Translations under genes and position numbers: made by a program
In this document: piece by piece, positions 1 to 13,155 of the stretch
Position numbering within the stretch: the stretch's first letter is position 1
How the letters are laid out: every line of letters begins with the position of its first letter
NCBI GenBank assembly: GCA_951406725.2
Contig: OX597837.1
Coordinates: 2,418,001 to 2,482,000, forward strand
DNA length: 64,000 nt
Reading direction: 5' to 3'
From: Octopus vulgaris
Taxonomy: Eukaryota
The notes under the pieces: generated by a model
What the model was told of the DNA's origin: nothing
Seen by the model: only the letters and a program-made list of their open reading frames with translations
The model's database searches: none

Positions 1-454
1 ATTATTTTGTTGCCCTTAACTTTCTAGTGATGAAAATCTCAACCAAAGCAACGTTCAAAATCAGATTATATCAACACAGAAACTCACTCGTACCAAACGT
101 TGGTGGAGTAAATGAGGGGGAAATTAGAATTTATAGGTAGTTTTTTTTTTGCGGGGGGTGCATGCGAAACAAGCCATCATTCTCAGACAGATGATCTTGT
201 ACGAAAGCTTGCAACAGAGTGGGTTCTGAGAAAGCTATTCAGGGGTCATTTTCTATAAGAGGGAGAGTTATTACGGTGCTTGATACATTGAGGATAGACG
301 TGTTATTGTTACGTTTTCAACTTCAGCCCAACTCTCACCGATCAGACCTTTAATTAAAGATAGTCCAGCCATGACTATCCTGTCTTTTTATATCTATATA
401 ACGTGTTGTATCTTTTTCTATGCTTTTAAAACGATGTGGTATGAGAGTCAACCT

Positions 455-875
455 GTCAGAATCGTTAGTACATCAGACAAAAGTTTAGGTGACCTTTCTT
501 CCAGCTCTTTACGTTCTCAGTTCAAATTCTGCCAAGGTCATCATAGCCTTTCAACCTTTCAGGGTCGATACAATAGGTACCAGCCAAGCAATGTAAACGA
601 TTTCTTGAACAAATACCTCCCCCAGAATTTTAAACACAAGGGAATGAGCTGTCAATCATTCAAGTGTTAGTGCGGCGGACAAAATAATTAACCACTCTTC
701 TTCCGGCTCTTTACATTCTGAGTTCAAATCCCACCGGGTTCAACTTTGCGTTTCATTCTTTCCAGGGGTCGATGAAATAAATAACTATTCAAATACCGAG
801 GAGTTGACATGTAATCGATTGACCCACTCCTCCCAAAACTTACTGCCTTTAGGCCAAAATCCCAAACAATTATCT
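455..875 (+). mobile_element. Two degenerate tandem copies of tRNA-derived SINE family A
   Basis: Both carry the family motif GAATCGTTAG...(G/C)AGTTCAAAT(T/C)C...CTTTGC.TTTCA.CCTTTC.GGGGTCGAT also seen at 30545-31620, 32612, 36650 and 48850. Confidence 0.7.
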
Positions 876-1230
876 TTATTAGAATTTATTTCTCAGAGCA
901 CTCGATCATATATGTTCCAGTTAGTTCTGTGACAGCGGAGAGCAGCCTGTTGACAAAGGTCTCACAAGGTCTCTCGAGGTACTCTTTCCACGAATTATCA
1001 GACAAGGTACTTAGATATTAAGTATCGTGGAATGTACCTAACACCAAAATACTAATCGCAAAATCCTACCTGTCCACAATAGAACAGATTTTTGAGCATG
1101 TTCTACCCTTATGTCAATTCCAATGTTTCCGACATATTTCTCAAATGTTGTTATTAGTGCTGCGATTTCCCATACAACTACAGGAATAGCAGTTACTCTA
1201 CTATTATTATTATTATTATTATTATTATTG

Positions 1231-1786
1231 AGTGAGAGAGCAGTTCATGCCATCAAGGTGACACTGGGGTAAAATATACGAAGCCCAGTATACCCATCAT
1301 GACTACCCGTCTGATAAGGGTACACCAGGCACATGCATCACAACCATATGTGCGCGACATGGTGATCTCATATCAAGATAAACAGCACATGACCTTGCAG
1401 GTGGAGCCCAGTTAGAATTTTCTTCAGATCGAGTAACCCATCCCGCTCAAAAGGTCCCTGAATAAGGGTTATTTAAGGACGTTGAACGAAACACCCATGT
1501 TTCCAGAGGTGAATTATTCAAACCCCAAAGAATCCTTCTCAACACATGGCTATGATGCTCCCCCACTACTTCTGCTCGTGATCAGAGATGCACATATCGT
1601 CAGCCACTAAGGGACATATTCAACTGGTTAAGGTCAAACAACTGACAAGCAAATCTGTGGTATTGAGCAGAATATTTGCTGTAGCCCATCTTTTATACCA
1701 AGACAAAACAATGTACATGATAACACTTCCAATCAGTTAAGATCAGAAGCCATGAGAGCCACTGCCTGGTACTGAATCAGGGCATT
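1231..1786 (-). mobile_element. ~555-bp non-coding non-autonomous element inserted in an (ATT)n tract (copy 1)
   Basis: Near-identical reverse-complement copy at 33019-33574; both flanked by TAA repeats on both sides; no long ORF. Confidence 0.85.
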
Positions 1787-1959
1787 TATTATTATTATTA
1801 TCATTGTCATTTACTTTTAATCTGCATGTTTGATGCAATCACCTGCCGGGGCACACCCAGCGCCCTAGGGCAAGTGAAGGTTAAGAGTTGTTGAAATATA
1901 GCTGAAAGCTTGGGGAGGGGAAGTAGAGAAATATCTCCATGTAATACAAACACAAACAT

Positions 1960-2823
1960 TTACATTGATAGGGTTTTTCTAAGGATGTGGGCAGTACTTG
2001 TTAGCACAATCTTTTGGATTTCCTTGAGACATGGTTTTCCAGGGATATTGTCTAGGTGTTTCTGACATCCCTTTTTTATCATACCTAGGGCACCTACAAT
2101 AACAGGAACAGTTTTTGTTTTAAGATTCCACATCCTCTGTATTTCGATTTCCAGGTCCTTATATTTACTAAGTTTGTCAAATTCCTTGACAGATACAATT
2201 TTATCAGTGGGGACGCTTACTTCTATTAGTCTGCAGGTATTTTCTTCCCTGTCTTTAACAATTATGTCTGGTCGATTAGCCTTGATCGTTCTGTCAGTGT
2301 TGACTGGAAAATCCCAGAGGATGGTGACATCTTTACCTTCAACAACTGGCTGAGGATGGTGTTCATACCAGTTAGCAGGAGTGTCGGATTTGTAGTGTTT
2401 ACATATCTTCCAATGTATATACTGTCCTACCCTATCGTGGCGATATTTGTATTCGTTTGGTGTCAGCACAGGACATCCCGAGACGAGATGGTCTATTGTT
2501 TCGTCAAATGTGTCACAGAATCTGCAATTAGGGTCAGTACCGTTTCGGAGAACGTTAGCCTGGTAATTTCTGGTAAACAAGCTTTGATCTTGTGCTGCCA
2601 TTATGAAGCCTTCAGTCTTTACTTTCAATCCAGAACTCTTCAGCCACTGATGGGTTGTTGCTTGGTCTACATCAGCATTTTGGCTTCGGAGAATGTATTG
2701 TCCATGCAGGGGCTTCTGGCTCCACCGCCTCTCAATTTGATTCTGCCCATTCTTTTTTGCAGTCTGCCTTGATTCGCTTTGCTTGCTTGGTAGCAGTGGT
2801 TTCTGGCTCTTCACCTGATTCAA
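1960..2823 (-). pseudogene. R4/Dong C-terminal zinc knuckle and REL endonuclease
   Basis: CRFCDTFDETIDHLVSGC (CCHC), RHD, NRPDII...LIEV...K..KYKDL, PVIVGALG. Confidence 0.92.
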
Positions 2824-3607
2824 GGTTAATGCCTAGTTCCCTTTCGAACTTATAAGCTTCCTTGACAATAGAATGCAGTTTTTTGCTGCTTTCGTGTTCA
2901 CACACAAGTCGCAGCATCCAGTCTTTTGTACTAGATAGGTACCTGTTCATTCCTACAGTAGAGGTCTTATAGCACAGCTCTAATTGCATCATTCCTCTCC
3001 CCCCGCTGCTTCTAGGTAGGTACAAGCGGTCTACATCTGCCTTAGGGTGGTGCATGCTCCTGGATGTCAGTAACTTTCTTGTCTTCCTGTCCAAGCGTTG
3101 GAGTTCCGTAAGGTTCCAGTTAATGATGTTAAAACTGTACTGGACTACTGGAAGTGCCAGGGTGTTAATTGCCTCAATGCAATTTTTGGAGTTGAGTTCA
3201 GTCTTCAGTACAAGCCTTATTCTCCTATAGTACTCCTTTCTTATTTTTTCCTTCATAGTAGCATGATGTATACCATCTCCTTCGTTGATTCCTAGGTATT
3301 TGTAACTTTCTTGTGGGTCAAGTTCCTTGATGGTAGTGTCAATATCTAATTTAACAGAAGCTGTTTGCCTGAGCTTGCCTCTTACAAAAGTTGCTTTAGC
3401 ACACTTATCAAGGCCAAAATCCATTCCGATATCATTGCTAAACTCTTTAACAGTTGTTAGTAGCCCTTCTAGCTCTTGGTCATTCTTGGCAAACACCTTT
3501 AGATCGTCCATATAAAAAAGGTGGTTTATTAACTTGCTAAAAACTTTGTACCCATATCTGGCACTATCCAATTCGTTTGCAAAAAAGTAATGGAGAGAGG
3601 GAGTCAC
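2732..3607 (-). pseudogene. R4/Dong reverse transcriptase catalytic and thumb region
   Basis: HLFYMDDLK (YxDD), FGLDKCA, YKYLG, DVDRLYLPRSSGGRG. Confidence 0.92.
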
Positions 3608-4151
3608 CTTGAAAGATGCCTCGTTTGATGTTGATGCTGTTGGACTGGCTCATCCCATTACTATGGCTTAGAAAGAGACGTGTGTTCCACATGGTCATGC
3701 TATTCTCTAAGAATTTTGAGACGACAGGGGAGATCTTGTATATCTCAAGGGCCTTGAGTATCCATTTATGTGGGACACTGTCATACGCTTTCCTGTAGTC
3801 TATCCATGCCATACTCAGGTTTTTGTTTTTGCTCCGGCAATTCTCTACAATCATTCTGTTTATGAGCAATTGGTCTTTGCACCCATAAGAGTTTCTTTTA
3901 CAACCTTTTTGAGCTTGTGGAAGGATAGAATTTTGTTCAAGGAAAGCGTACATTCTCTCCGTTATTATGGATGTGAGGATTTTGTAGGTGGTGTTGAGAC
4001 ATGTTATTGGCCGGTAATTCTTTGGGTTTTTTGTGTCTTCGGTTTTAGGTAATAGGTAGGTGGTTCCTTCAGTCAGCCAAGCAGGTATTTGCTCTGGGTT
4101 CTGAATGACATCAGACAGAGATGCAGCGAGATGTTCGTGTACCTCTGTCAA
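3564..4151 (-). pseudogene. R4/Dong reverse transcriptase, N-terminal RT subdomains
   Basis: NYRPITCL, QKGC, DYRKAYDSVPH, GIFQGDSLSPLLFC motifs. Confidence 0.92.
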
Positions 4152-4198
4152 ACAATTCAGCCAGAAGTTAGGGATTCGATCCAGTCCTGGGGTTTTCC

Positions 4199-4896
<698 letters not shown>

Positions 4897-4899
4897 TTC

Positions 4900-5580
4900 A
4901 TTAGCGTCTTCTTTCAATTCATTTTCCATTTCTTGCCGAGTGTTTTCCCGATACCTAGGGCAGATAAACGTACTGTGTACATTGGTAGGCCAGTAAAACA
5001 AACACACTAGGTTTCTTCATTTACAGAGTCATGTGATAGAGAAAAGGGGAAGACAGAGAGAATAAGGAAAAAAAATTAAAAAATAGAAAAGTAAATAAAT
5101 AAAATAAAGGGAGAGCAGGAAAGAAAATTCACAGCGACATTGCTCTTGTCAATACGTGTGACGTAGCAGTTAAGACAACCTTTTGCACTTCCTGCATGGA
5201 TGGTAAGCCAGAGATCATTCTTAGATAATTTTCAGATCCTTTTTTGATCATTCCAAGTGCTCCTACAATCACTGGTATTGTAACCGTCTTGAGATGCTAC
5301 ATCTTTTCGATTTCGATTAGCAAATCTTTATATTTTCTGAGCTTATCAAATTCCTTTGCCGAGATATGATGGTCACAGGGTATGCACATGTCAATCAATA
5401 AACAGACTTTATTTCTTTTGTCTTTCACAACAATATCTGGTTTATTTGCCTTGATGTACATACTGGAAAATCCCAAAGAATAGTTACATTTTCTCCCTCA
5501 GTTGCTACCCCAGGGTGGTGTTTGTATCATTTGTCAGCAGTTTTGATTTTATAATGCCGACACATTACCCAATGTTGATT
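4900..5580 (-). mobile_element. 3' fragment of a third R4/Dong family with probable 3' UTR
   Basis: Minus strand reads ANKPDIVVKDK...LLIDM...DKLRKYKDLLIEIEKM...IPVIVGALG (5230-5450). Confidence 0.75.
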
Positions 5581-5586
5581 TTTTAA

Positions 5587-5708
<122 letters not shown>

Positions 5709-5769
5709 CCTCATTAAGCGACTACATGCAGCTACTCCTTATATATATGAGATTTATAACCTTTATTCG

Positions 5770-5801
<32 letters not shown>

Positions 5802-5842
5802 TTATCACCTTTATTCGATATATAAATATATACATATATATA

Positions 5843-5891
<49 letters not shown>

Positions 5892-5915
5892 CTGTACATC
5901 ACCCCTAATACTTCT

Positions 5916-5954
<39 letters not shown>

Positions 5955-6073
5955 ATGTTTCTTAAGATCCAATGAAAATACTGGTTAGTTACCAATCTAT
6001 AGAAACATCAACAATAAGTTAACCATATGAACCGTGTATGTACTTGTATTTCTAATCGGCATATCCTTACTAA

Positions 6074-6153
6074 CTCTGAAGAGATTCATCTTATAATCAT
6101 TTTAGTTTTATAAATTAATTATCTAAATATATCTGAATCGAAACAGCTGTCAG
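6074..6153 (+). ncRNA. Type-I hammerhead ribozyme motif (PLE-type)
   Basis: CTGAAGA (6076-82), stem II GATTCA/TGAATC around a long AT-rich loop, GAAAC-AGCT-GTC (palindromic ACAGCTGT); stem I only 2 bp (CT/AG). Confidence 0.75.
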
Positions 6154-6242
6154 AGATGTTGTCATATTTTATAATTAATAAATAATTTTATCAATTACCT
6201 CACTCTTTCTCCTTATTCTTTAAATATAGATATATACATAGT

Positions 6243-6315
<73 letters not shown>

Positions 6316-6432
6316 GCTTATAAATATGTACATAAACAATCAAAAATTTATTACAGCATCACTCAATACAAGAGTAGAGATTCTATTTTGAAAAGTAAGA
6401 ACCTAGTAGTTCATTTCTGCTGCTTTTATCTA

Positions 6433-6473
6433 CAGTCTGAAGAAGCCAATGAGGCGAAGTCACTGGCAAATTT
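6433..6473 (+). ncRNA. Degenerate hammerhead-like motif with GAAG core variant
   Basis: CTGAAGA-A-GCC-AATGA-GGC-GAAG-TCACTGGCAA; shares GAAGTCACTGG with the minus-strand motif at 52490-52538. Confidence 0.5.
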
Positions 6474-6514
6474 TCTTCCCTCTCACCCCATAGTATTTAT
6501 AAATATATGCATTT

Positions 6515-6547
<33 letters not shown>

Positions 6548-6548
6548 C

Positions 6549-6625
<77 letters not shown>

Positions 6626-6768
6626 CATATATATCTTTGGTAGAATGAGAGGGAGGAATAGAAACTAATACATGAGTACATATATAAATATAAGTGTTTG
6701 CGTTTGCGACGTGTACACATCTTTATATACCTAAGTATATAAAACTTCAGCCGATATATATGTATATA

Positions 6769-6822
<54 letters not shown>

Positions 6823-7032
6823 CATATATATATGTGTGTGTGTGTGTATGTATATATATATATATATAAATATATACATATATATATATATATGTATGTA
6901 TGTGTATGTATGTATATAGATATACATGTATAAACATATATATATATATATTCACCTATATATATATATATATATACATAAATACTTATATATATGTACA
7001 TACATATAAATATATGCATATACATATATATT

Positions 7033-7090
<58 letters not shown>

Positions 7091-7927
7091 TATATCTAAA
7101 TACACAAATTTTATTTATATATGTGCATATATATACGCAGACATAAACACAGACACACACACACACAGACACACCCACACACGCACACACACATACACAA
7201 TCGCGTAGACACCTAAGAACAACGCAAAACAAAAGAGAAAACAAAACGCAATAAAACGGATATACACGAAGGAAAGAAAAACCACAAAACAAAACAAAAA
7301 AACAATCGAAATAAAATAAAAATACAAGTGAAAAACTAAATAGACGAGTAATAAAACACAAGAAACCAGTGACGTGGAGGTCGAGTAAAAGGGGGAATTA
7401 TGGTAAAGAAATGCATTAGAAGAGCGTTAAAAACAACATTGTGAAAGAAACTAGTAAAGATATAGGAAAATGTAAAGTTGATTTGGAAGGTGATAAATAC
7501 GAAACTACGGCTGTTGTATATATTATTGTAGTCATTGGGAATTCAGTTGCTCGGTAAACGAGCTCATAAAGGTTCTCTAATTAGTGTATATATATAAAAG
7601 TTAGCAGAATTCACTCAAACTTATTCAGCTCTGTAGCTTCTCCTGAGCGTCCGGAAGTAAAGCTATAATGTTTTATATTCGCATCTGTTTTGTGTGTGAG
7701 TGTACGCACGTATGCTGCGTTACGTTAGGTTTGATGGTCTGAATGTATGAATGAATGAATGAAAGAATGTAGCTGTGTGTGTGTGCGTGCGTATGCATGC
7801 ATTAATATATGTATGTAGGTGTGCGTATGTATGTATGTATGTACGTACGTGTGTGCGTGTGTTGGATTTGTAGAGAGAAGAGATGTAGATATCTGCAGCT
7901 AACGATGTCTGAATATGTATATCTGTT

Positions 7928-7991
<64 letters not shown>

Positions 7992-8049
7992 TATACATAT
8001 ATATATATATATATACATACTGAATACTTTATTTTTATATTTATGCACA

Positions 8050-8094
<45 letters not shown>

Positions 8095-8209
8095 GTATGT
8101 TTCTATGCATATATGTGTATATAAGCGTGTATATACATATATACATATATATATATACATTTGGACATACACACACGCACGCACTCACATGTGTGTGTGT
8201 GTGTGTGTT

Positions 8210-8240
<31 letters not shown>

Positions 8241-8389
8241 CTGTAGACATACGCAGGCGTACATATTGATATGCACGCACAAAATGTAGTCATGAATACA
8301 TCAAACACCCAAACATATTACATACATTCATATACACACACTCATACATTTATACGTGCATATATATGTGTTTGTATTTGTGTGTGTGC

Positions 8390-8424
<35 letters not shown>

Positions 8425-8459
8425 CGTATGTATATATGTATATATACATGTATATACAC

Positions 8460-9679
8460 ATGCTCGGTTGTTTTCGGATTTCTGGCTTTCGAACGTTCTC
8501 CTAGAATATTCCACACATTTTCAATAGGATTAAGATCTGGGCTTTGAGCAGGCCAATCCATAACAATAATCCTTTCAGCCTTGAGAAAGTTCATGACCAC
8601 CTTAGCCTTGTGACATGGGACATTGTTCTGCATAAATATGGGTGATCGCTTTGTTGAATTTCTCAGCACAGGTAAGACATGATCTTTTACAAGTTGTTTA
8701 TAAACTCCTGCATTTATCTTTCCATGTAATCGCACCAAAGGGACCACACCATCTCCAGATATCAGCCCCCAAACCATGACGCTTCCTCCACCGAATTTAA
8801 CACTAGTCTTAAGGCATTTAGGCGACAATTTTTCACCTACTTTCGACAAACGTACATTTTCCCATCTGAGCCAAATAACATAAACTTAGATTCATCACTG
8901 AAATGCACCGTTTGCCATTTTTCTTGAGACCACAACACATGTTCGGTTGCAAAGATAAGACGACACTTTTTATTCTTGGAGCTGATCAGTGGCTTCACTG
9001 CAGGTGCTCTTGCTTGTAGGTTATGTTCAACTAAACGACGAGACACAGTTTTTCGAAATAAAGTTTTCTTCAGTACAATGTTCATTTCCATAGAAACAGC
9101 AGCAGCAGTTTTAAATCTGTCCTTTTTAACCAACTTTACCATAGCACGATCTTCTCTCCTGGTCGTTTTTCTTGGCCTACCTGTAGACTTTCTTGCTTCA
9201 CACGAACCACAATCATCCTAGACCTTAAGAATACTTTTTCACTTGTTAACAATCTTTGCAATAGACTCAGTACTTAAATTATCCTTCTTTCGAAGCTTAA
9301 TAATCTGCTGACGAATTGGTAACGGAGTAAGTGGCATTATATTAACAAAGTACACTGCAGATACTGTTACTAATATTTAGTAAACGAACCGTCAGGTAAA
9401 CAAATTCAAAACATTAGAGTTCACCGGTTAAATATACTAAAACACGGAGTAAAAGCAACCGTTCTGATCATTTTGGCCGCCATGGGTTTTGAAGTAAATC
9501 ACTAAATCATCCATAACTTTTGCATTATCCTCTCAAATTACACCCAAATCTCAGACAATAACAATTAATATTGTCTTTATTGTGTGTGAAAATTATAGAA
9601 AATAAAACAACTTTGATAAAAACTTATACCTACTTTTCTGACGAAAACTATGTCGTTCTGAACATTTTGGCCGCAACTG
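8460..9679 (-). mobile_element. Tc1 (DD34E) DNA transposon, one end lost, inactive
   Basis: Transposase from ATG 9337: GRPRK, FSDESKF, VMVWG, QNNVPCH (catalytic D->N) then 34 residues to SPDLNPIEN; terminus TA|CAGTTGCGGCCAAAATGTTCAGAAC at 9655-9681; frameshift near 8845. Confidence 0.9.
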
Positions 9680-9744
9680 TACATACAAATTTCGCTGCGA
9701 ATGATTTTGTTAAGCGGTGTCGAGTTTTACAATCCTGTAAATAA

Positions 9745-10128
9745 TAATCATGGCACTTTTTTACAAGTGTAAAGCTTATAGGGGTCACCGTGCAAACGAC
9801 TAAGGAAAATAGTCTAATAATGGAGCATATAAACCCCTCGACAGAAAAAAAGTAGGCTTTCCTGTACGCGTGGTATTCGAACCCACATCTCTTTACAAAA
9901 GCAACTACGAATTAATGTAGTTCTTAAATATGACAGAAAGGAGCAGGCTGGTTCGCTGAGGTAATGGGTAACACAGTCGCGTTAAGAAAGGGATGTCGGT
10001 TCGAGTCCCACGGGTACGGGAAAGCCTACTTTTTTCTGACGAGGGGTTTATATACCCTTTTATTAGACTATTTTCCTTAGACATTTGCTCGGTGATCGCT
10101 ATAAACTTGTAAAAAGAGACCGTTATTG

Positions 10129-10130
<2 letters not shown>
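9745..10130. mobile_element. tRNA-headed SINE-like element (+, 9945-10130) with an inverted partial copy (-, 9745-9895)
   Basis: B box GGTTCGAGTCCC near 9997; GACTAAGGAAAATAGTCTAATAA...AAACCCCTCG.CAGAAAAAAAGTAGGCTTTCC mirrors the right arm. Confidence 0.7.
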
Positions 10131-10201
<71 letters not shown>

Positions 10202-10929
10202 GCAGCAACAAGAAGAACCAGAGCGACATGGCCAGCAATTACGGCCACTCCTAAAACTGGCACAACTGACTACCGATTAAACTCCACAATGAAAAGCCAT
10301 TCACTGTCCTGCTATTCGCTTTCTTCATCTTCTCTGAATGCTACAACTGACCCATCATCTTCATCATCATTACCATGTTACTACCATAACCACTACTACT
10401 ACTCTAAGTACTGAGGAATCACGCTTTTCTCCTCTCCCACACCTCAGTCTCAGTGTATATCTCACAGCTCCATGAGGAATCTGCCAACTATACTTAAAGT
10501 AAAATCTATAAACGCATGAAACCCCTAAAATATGCCAGTTTTCTCAACGTAAGAGATTGTGCACACGCAGTACCTGTAATTCCACTCATTTGACTGCAAT
10601 AAGATGCCCAACTCGTATAAGCAACACCAGCAAATCTTATTCTATCCCCGCCACTACCACCACCGCCACCACCTCGTTATGTGATTTTTTTCCAATTGTT
10701 TCCTTGTCATCCCTCTGTGTAATTTTTAATGTCTGTCTGTTTGTCTCACTTTGTGTGTGTATATATATATTCTTTTACTCTTTTATACTTTAACTTGTTT
10801 CGGTCATTTTACTACGGCCATGCTGGAACCTTGTAAGGATTTAGTCGAATGAATCGACCCCAGTACTTCTTTCTTTTTATTTACATTATTTACATTGACG
10901 GATATTTGTCCCCCACCTTCTTTGTTATT

Positions 10930-10975
10930 AACACAACGTTTCGGCTGATATACCCTCCAGCTTCTATCAGGTGTT
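10930..10975 (-). ncRNA. Minimal type-I HHR of the SINE-HHR family (core mutated)
   Basis: AACAC-CTGATAG-AAGCTG-GAGGGTATAT-CAGCC-GAAAC-GTT-GTGTT; G8/A9 altered. Confidence 0.65.
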
Positions 10976-11025
10976 TTTGCGGAAATTTCGAACCTGGGTT
11001 CTTGTTCCTTAGGTATTTTTCGATG

Positions 11026-11086
<61 letters not shown>

Positions 11087-11110
11087 CATTATTATTATTA
11101 TTATTATTAA

Positions 11111-11156
11111 GACACCTGAAGAAAGCTGGAGAGTATATCAGCCGAAACGTTGTGTT
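11111..11156 (+). ncRNA. Minimal type-I HHR of the SINE-HHR family
   Basis: GACAC-CTGAAGA-A-AGCTG..CAGCC-GAAAC-GTT-GTGTT; stem I GACAC/GTGTT; palindromic AACGTT stem III. Confidence 0.8.
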
Positions 11157-11579
11157 AACAACAAACAAGATGAGGACAAATATCCGTCAAATGTAAATAA
11201 TGTAAATAATGTGTATAATTCCACATCTCTTAAATATATTTCTTTTTGCTTTCTTTAAAGCCTGGCACTTATTCTATCGAACTCTTACTGTCGATCCGCT
11301 CAGTTACAGGGATGTAAACACACGAACGCCGGTTGTCGAACCGTGATGTGATAAGGGGGTACAAATATATTCTATTTTCCTATCTGATAATGATGTCGAA
11401 CAGTAAGTTTTTACAAATTAATCAAAAATTATTAAGATATCCTTCTTTTCTAATATGAAATTCTTGATCCGCTTGCACTTTTCAACTTTTTTCTTTTATT
11501 ATCAACTCTGTGTACTATGTCAAGTCCACCAGAAGCAAAAATGGGGGAAATTTCAGATTTCTTCGGTACTGCATCATTA

Positions 11580-12830
11580 TGATAATGCACGACCTTTGGA
11601 GATTGCAGTGATGCAGTTCAGCGAAAAAATTAATGGTAAAGCACTTCCAACATGACAAGAAATGCCATCGAAATTTTGCATGTCACAAAAACAATTTGTG
11701 CCTGAAGAAAAGACATTCATAGATGTAAAGAAATGTTCATACTGCCAGTCTGGTTCAAGGAAGACCTGTAGCTTAATTATGATATTCCGCATGATGCTGT
11801 TATCTGTTGTGATGCCGAAGGAGTTTGGCATAACAGAATTACCACGCCTAAAGAAACTGCCTTCCTGACTTGTGTAGGAAACTGGGACAACATTACATAG
11901 CCGTTCCGGTCACCACATGAAAGCAGTGAGCACTTTTGACCAAAGACAGACATATCTGTGACTCTGAATAAATCGCCGATTCAGTAACAAGAAGTAGCTT
12001 AGCGAGCATTAGAAATTATTTTCAAAACGGTCAGTTTCCGCGGTAGGCAAGGCCTAGCATTTACATGACACAGGAAACTTCGTATAGCTCGTAAAAGAAC
12101 ATGCCGAAGAATGCAGTGCAGAAGTAAGTCAGTGGCTTAAACGTCGAGATAATTTCCTGATACCATACAAAATGAAATCCTACGGGCATATTCTTATAAC
12201 TTCCTGCGTGAGCTGATAAAAGAAATGTTGAAGATTCCATGTTTATTGGTATTAAATGTCATCGCACCACTGGTTACTCGAACATGAAACAAGAAACAAC
12301 CAGTGTCCTTTATGTTTCTGAAGAACTGGATACCCACAAAGATTTTCTCGATTTATATAATCCTCCTGGCTGCTCTTCGAACACATTAAGGTTATTCTGG
12401 ACGTTTTTTGCCTGGACGTTTTTCGCTTGGTCCAAAATTATACTGTTTTTTATTTGATTGTCCGAGTACGTTGAGTGGAAATATTCCAGGCATACAAGAT
12501 TAAAAGACATGTTTCCTTGAACACATTTTGTACATTGCGGAAACCACTCTCTGGACCTTGTCCTCCAATGAAGTTGGCTCTACATTTGCCATTGTAACTG
12601 ATACACTGAACTTTGTTCACCAATGCGCCATTCTTCTGAGTTACCAAAAGGAAAAGCGCGATGGACAAGCCTTTGTCTTGAGAAGGCCATGTTGCAAGCC
12701 GTGTATCCAACTCGTTGATACATTAGAACAAAATCCCTGAAACAGGCGGAAAGAAACTATAAGAAGATTAAGCATTTCTAGCTGGAGCTTCTAAATGATA
12801 CATCGCTATAAGCAACAACGAAGGCTATCC
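11580..12830 (+). pseudogene. Heavily decayed hAT-superfamily (ZMYM1/DUF4371-like) transposase remnant
   Basis: Scattered motifs: GRQGLAF (~12040), IQNEIL (~12165), KQETTSVLYVSEELDTHKDFLDLY (12280-12360), YPTR* (~12705, cf. hAT CPTRW). Confidence 0.5.
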
Positions 12831-12849
12831 TTTGTTTCAATGACTTCTG

Positions 12850-13155
12850 TGCAAGACTGGCTTTGAACTGGTTGATCACCCTCCCTATTTTATTGATTTG
12901 GTTCCATCTGATAATCGTCTGTTTCCCGACATGAAGAAACACTTGGCTGGGCACCAGTATCGATACGATGTCTTATCTGCCATTGATGAAGTTTTGACCA
13001 ACAGAATAGCTTCTTCACCAGTGCGATCCAAGCACTGCAACTACTGATGGAAGTGAGTGGACAGTAAAGGGAACTGTGTTAAAACATGAACTTCATTTGG
13101 TCCCATTCCATGAGAGTGTCTTGCTCAGCCGATTAACATTTCAGCCGACCTTCAT
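12850..13155 (+). mobile_element. mariner 3' remnant
   Basis: DHPPYFIDLVPSDNRLFPDMKKHLAG resembles mariner HPPYSPDLAPSDYHLF; ends in TIR-like CAGCCGATTAACATTTCAGCCGACCTTCATA. Confidence 0.7.

Larger units (their letters stand above)
1795..4198 (-). mobile_element. 5'-truncated R4/Dong-clade non-LTR retrotransposon (RT + CCHC + restriction-enzyme-like endonuclease) with two frameshifts
   Basis: Three overlapping minus ORFs carry RT and REL motifs; 3' UTR ends in TAA repeats; 5' end abuts an (ATT)n array. Confidence 0.93.
10775..11360 (-). mobile_element. SINE family B, interrupted by the HHR inverted pair at 10878-11240
   Basis: ACTTGTTTC.GTCATTT.ACT.CGGCCATGCTGGA...ATCGACCCCAGTACTT before and AAGCCTGGCACTTATTCTATCG...GTAAACAC after the insertion; collinear with 17755-18160. 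Confidence 0.7.
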
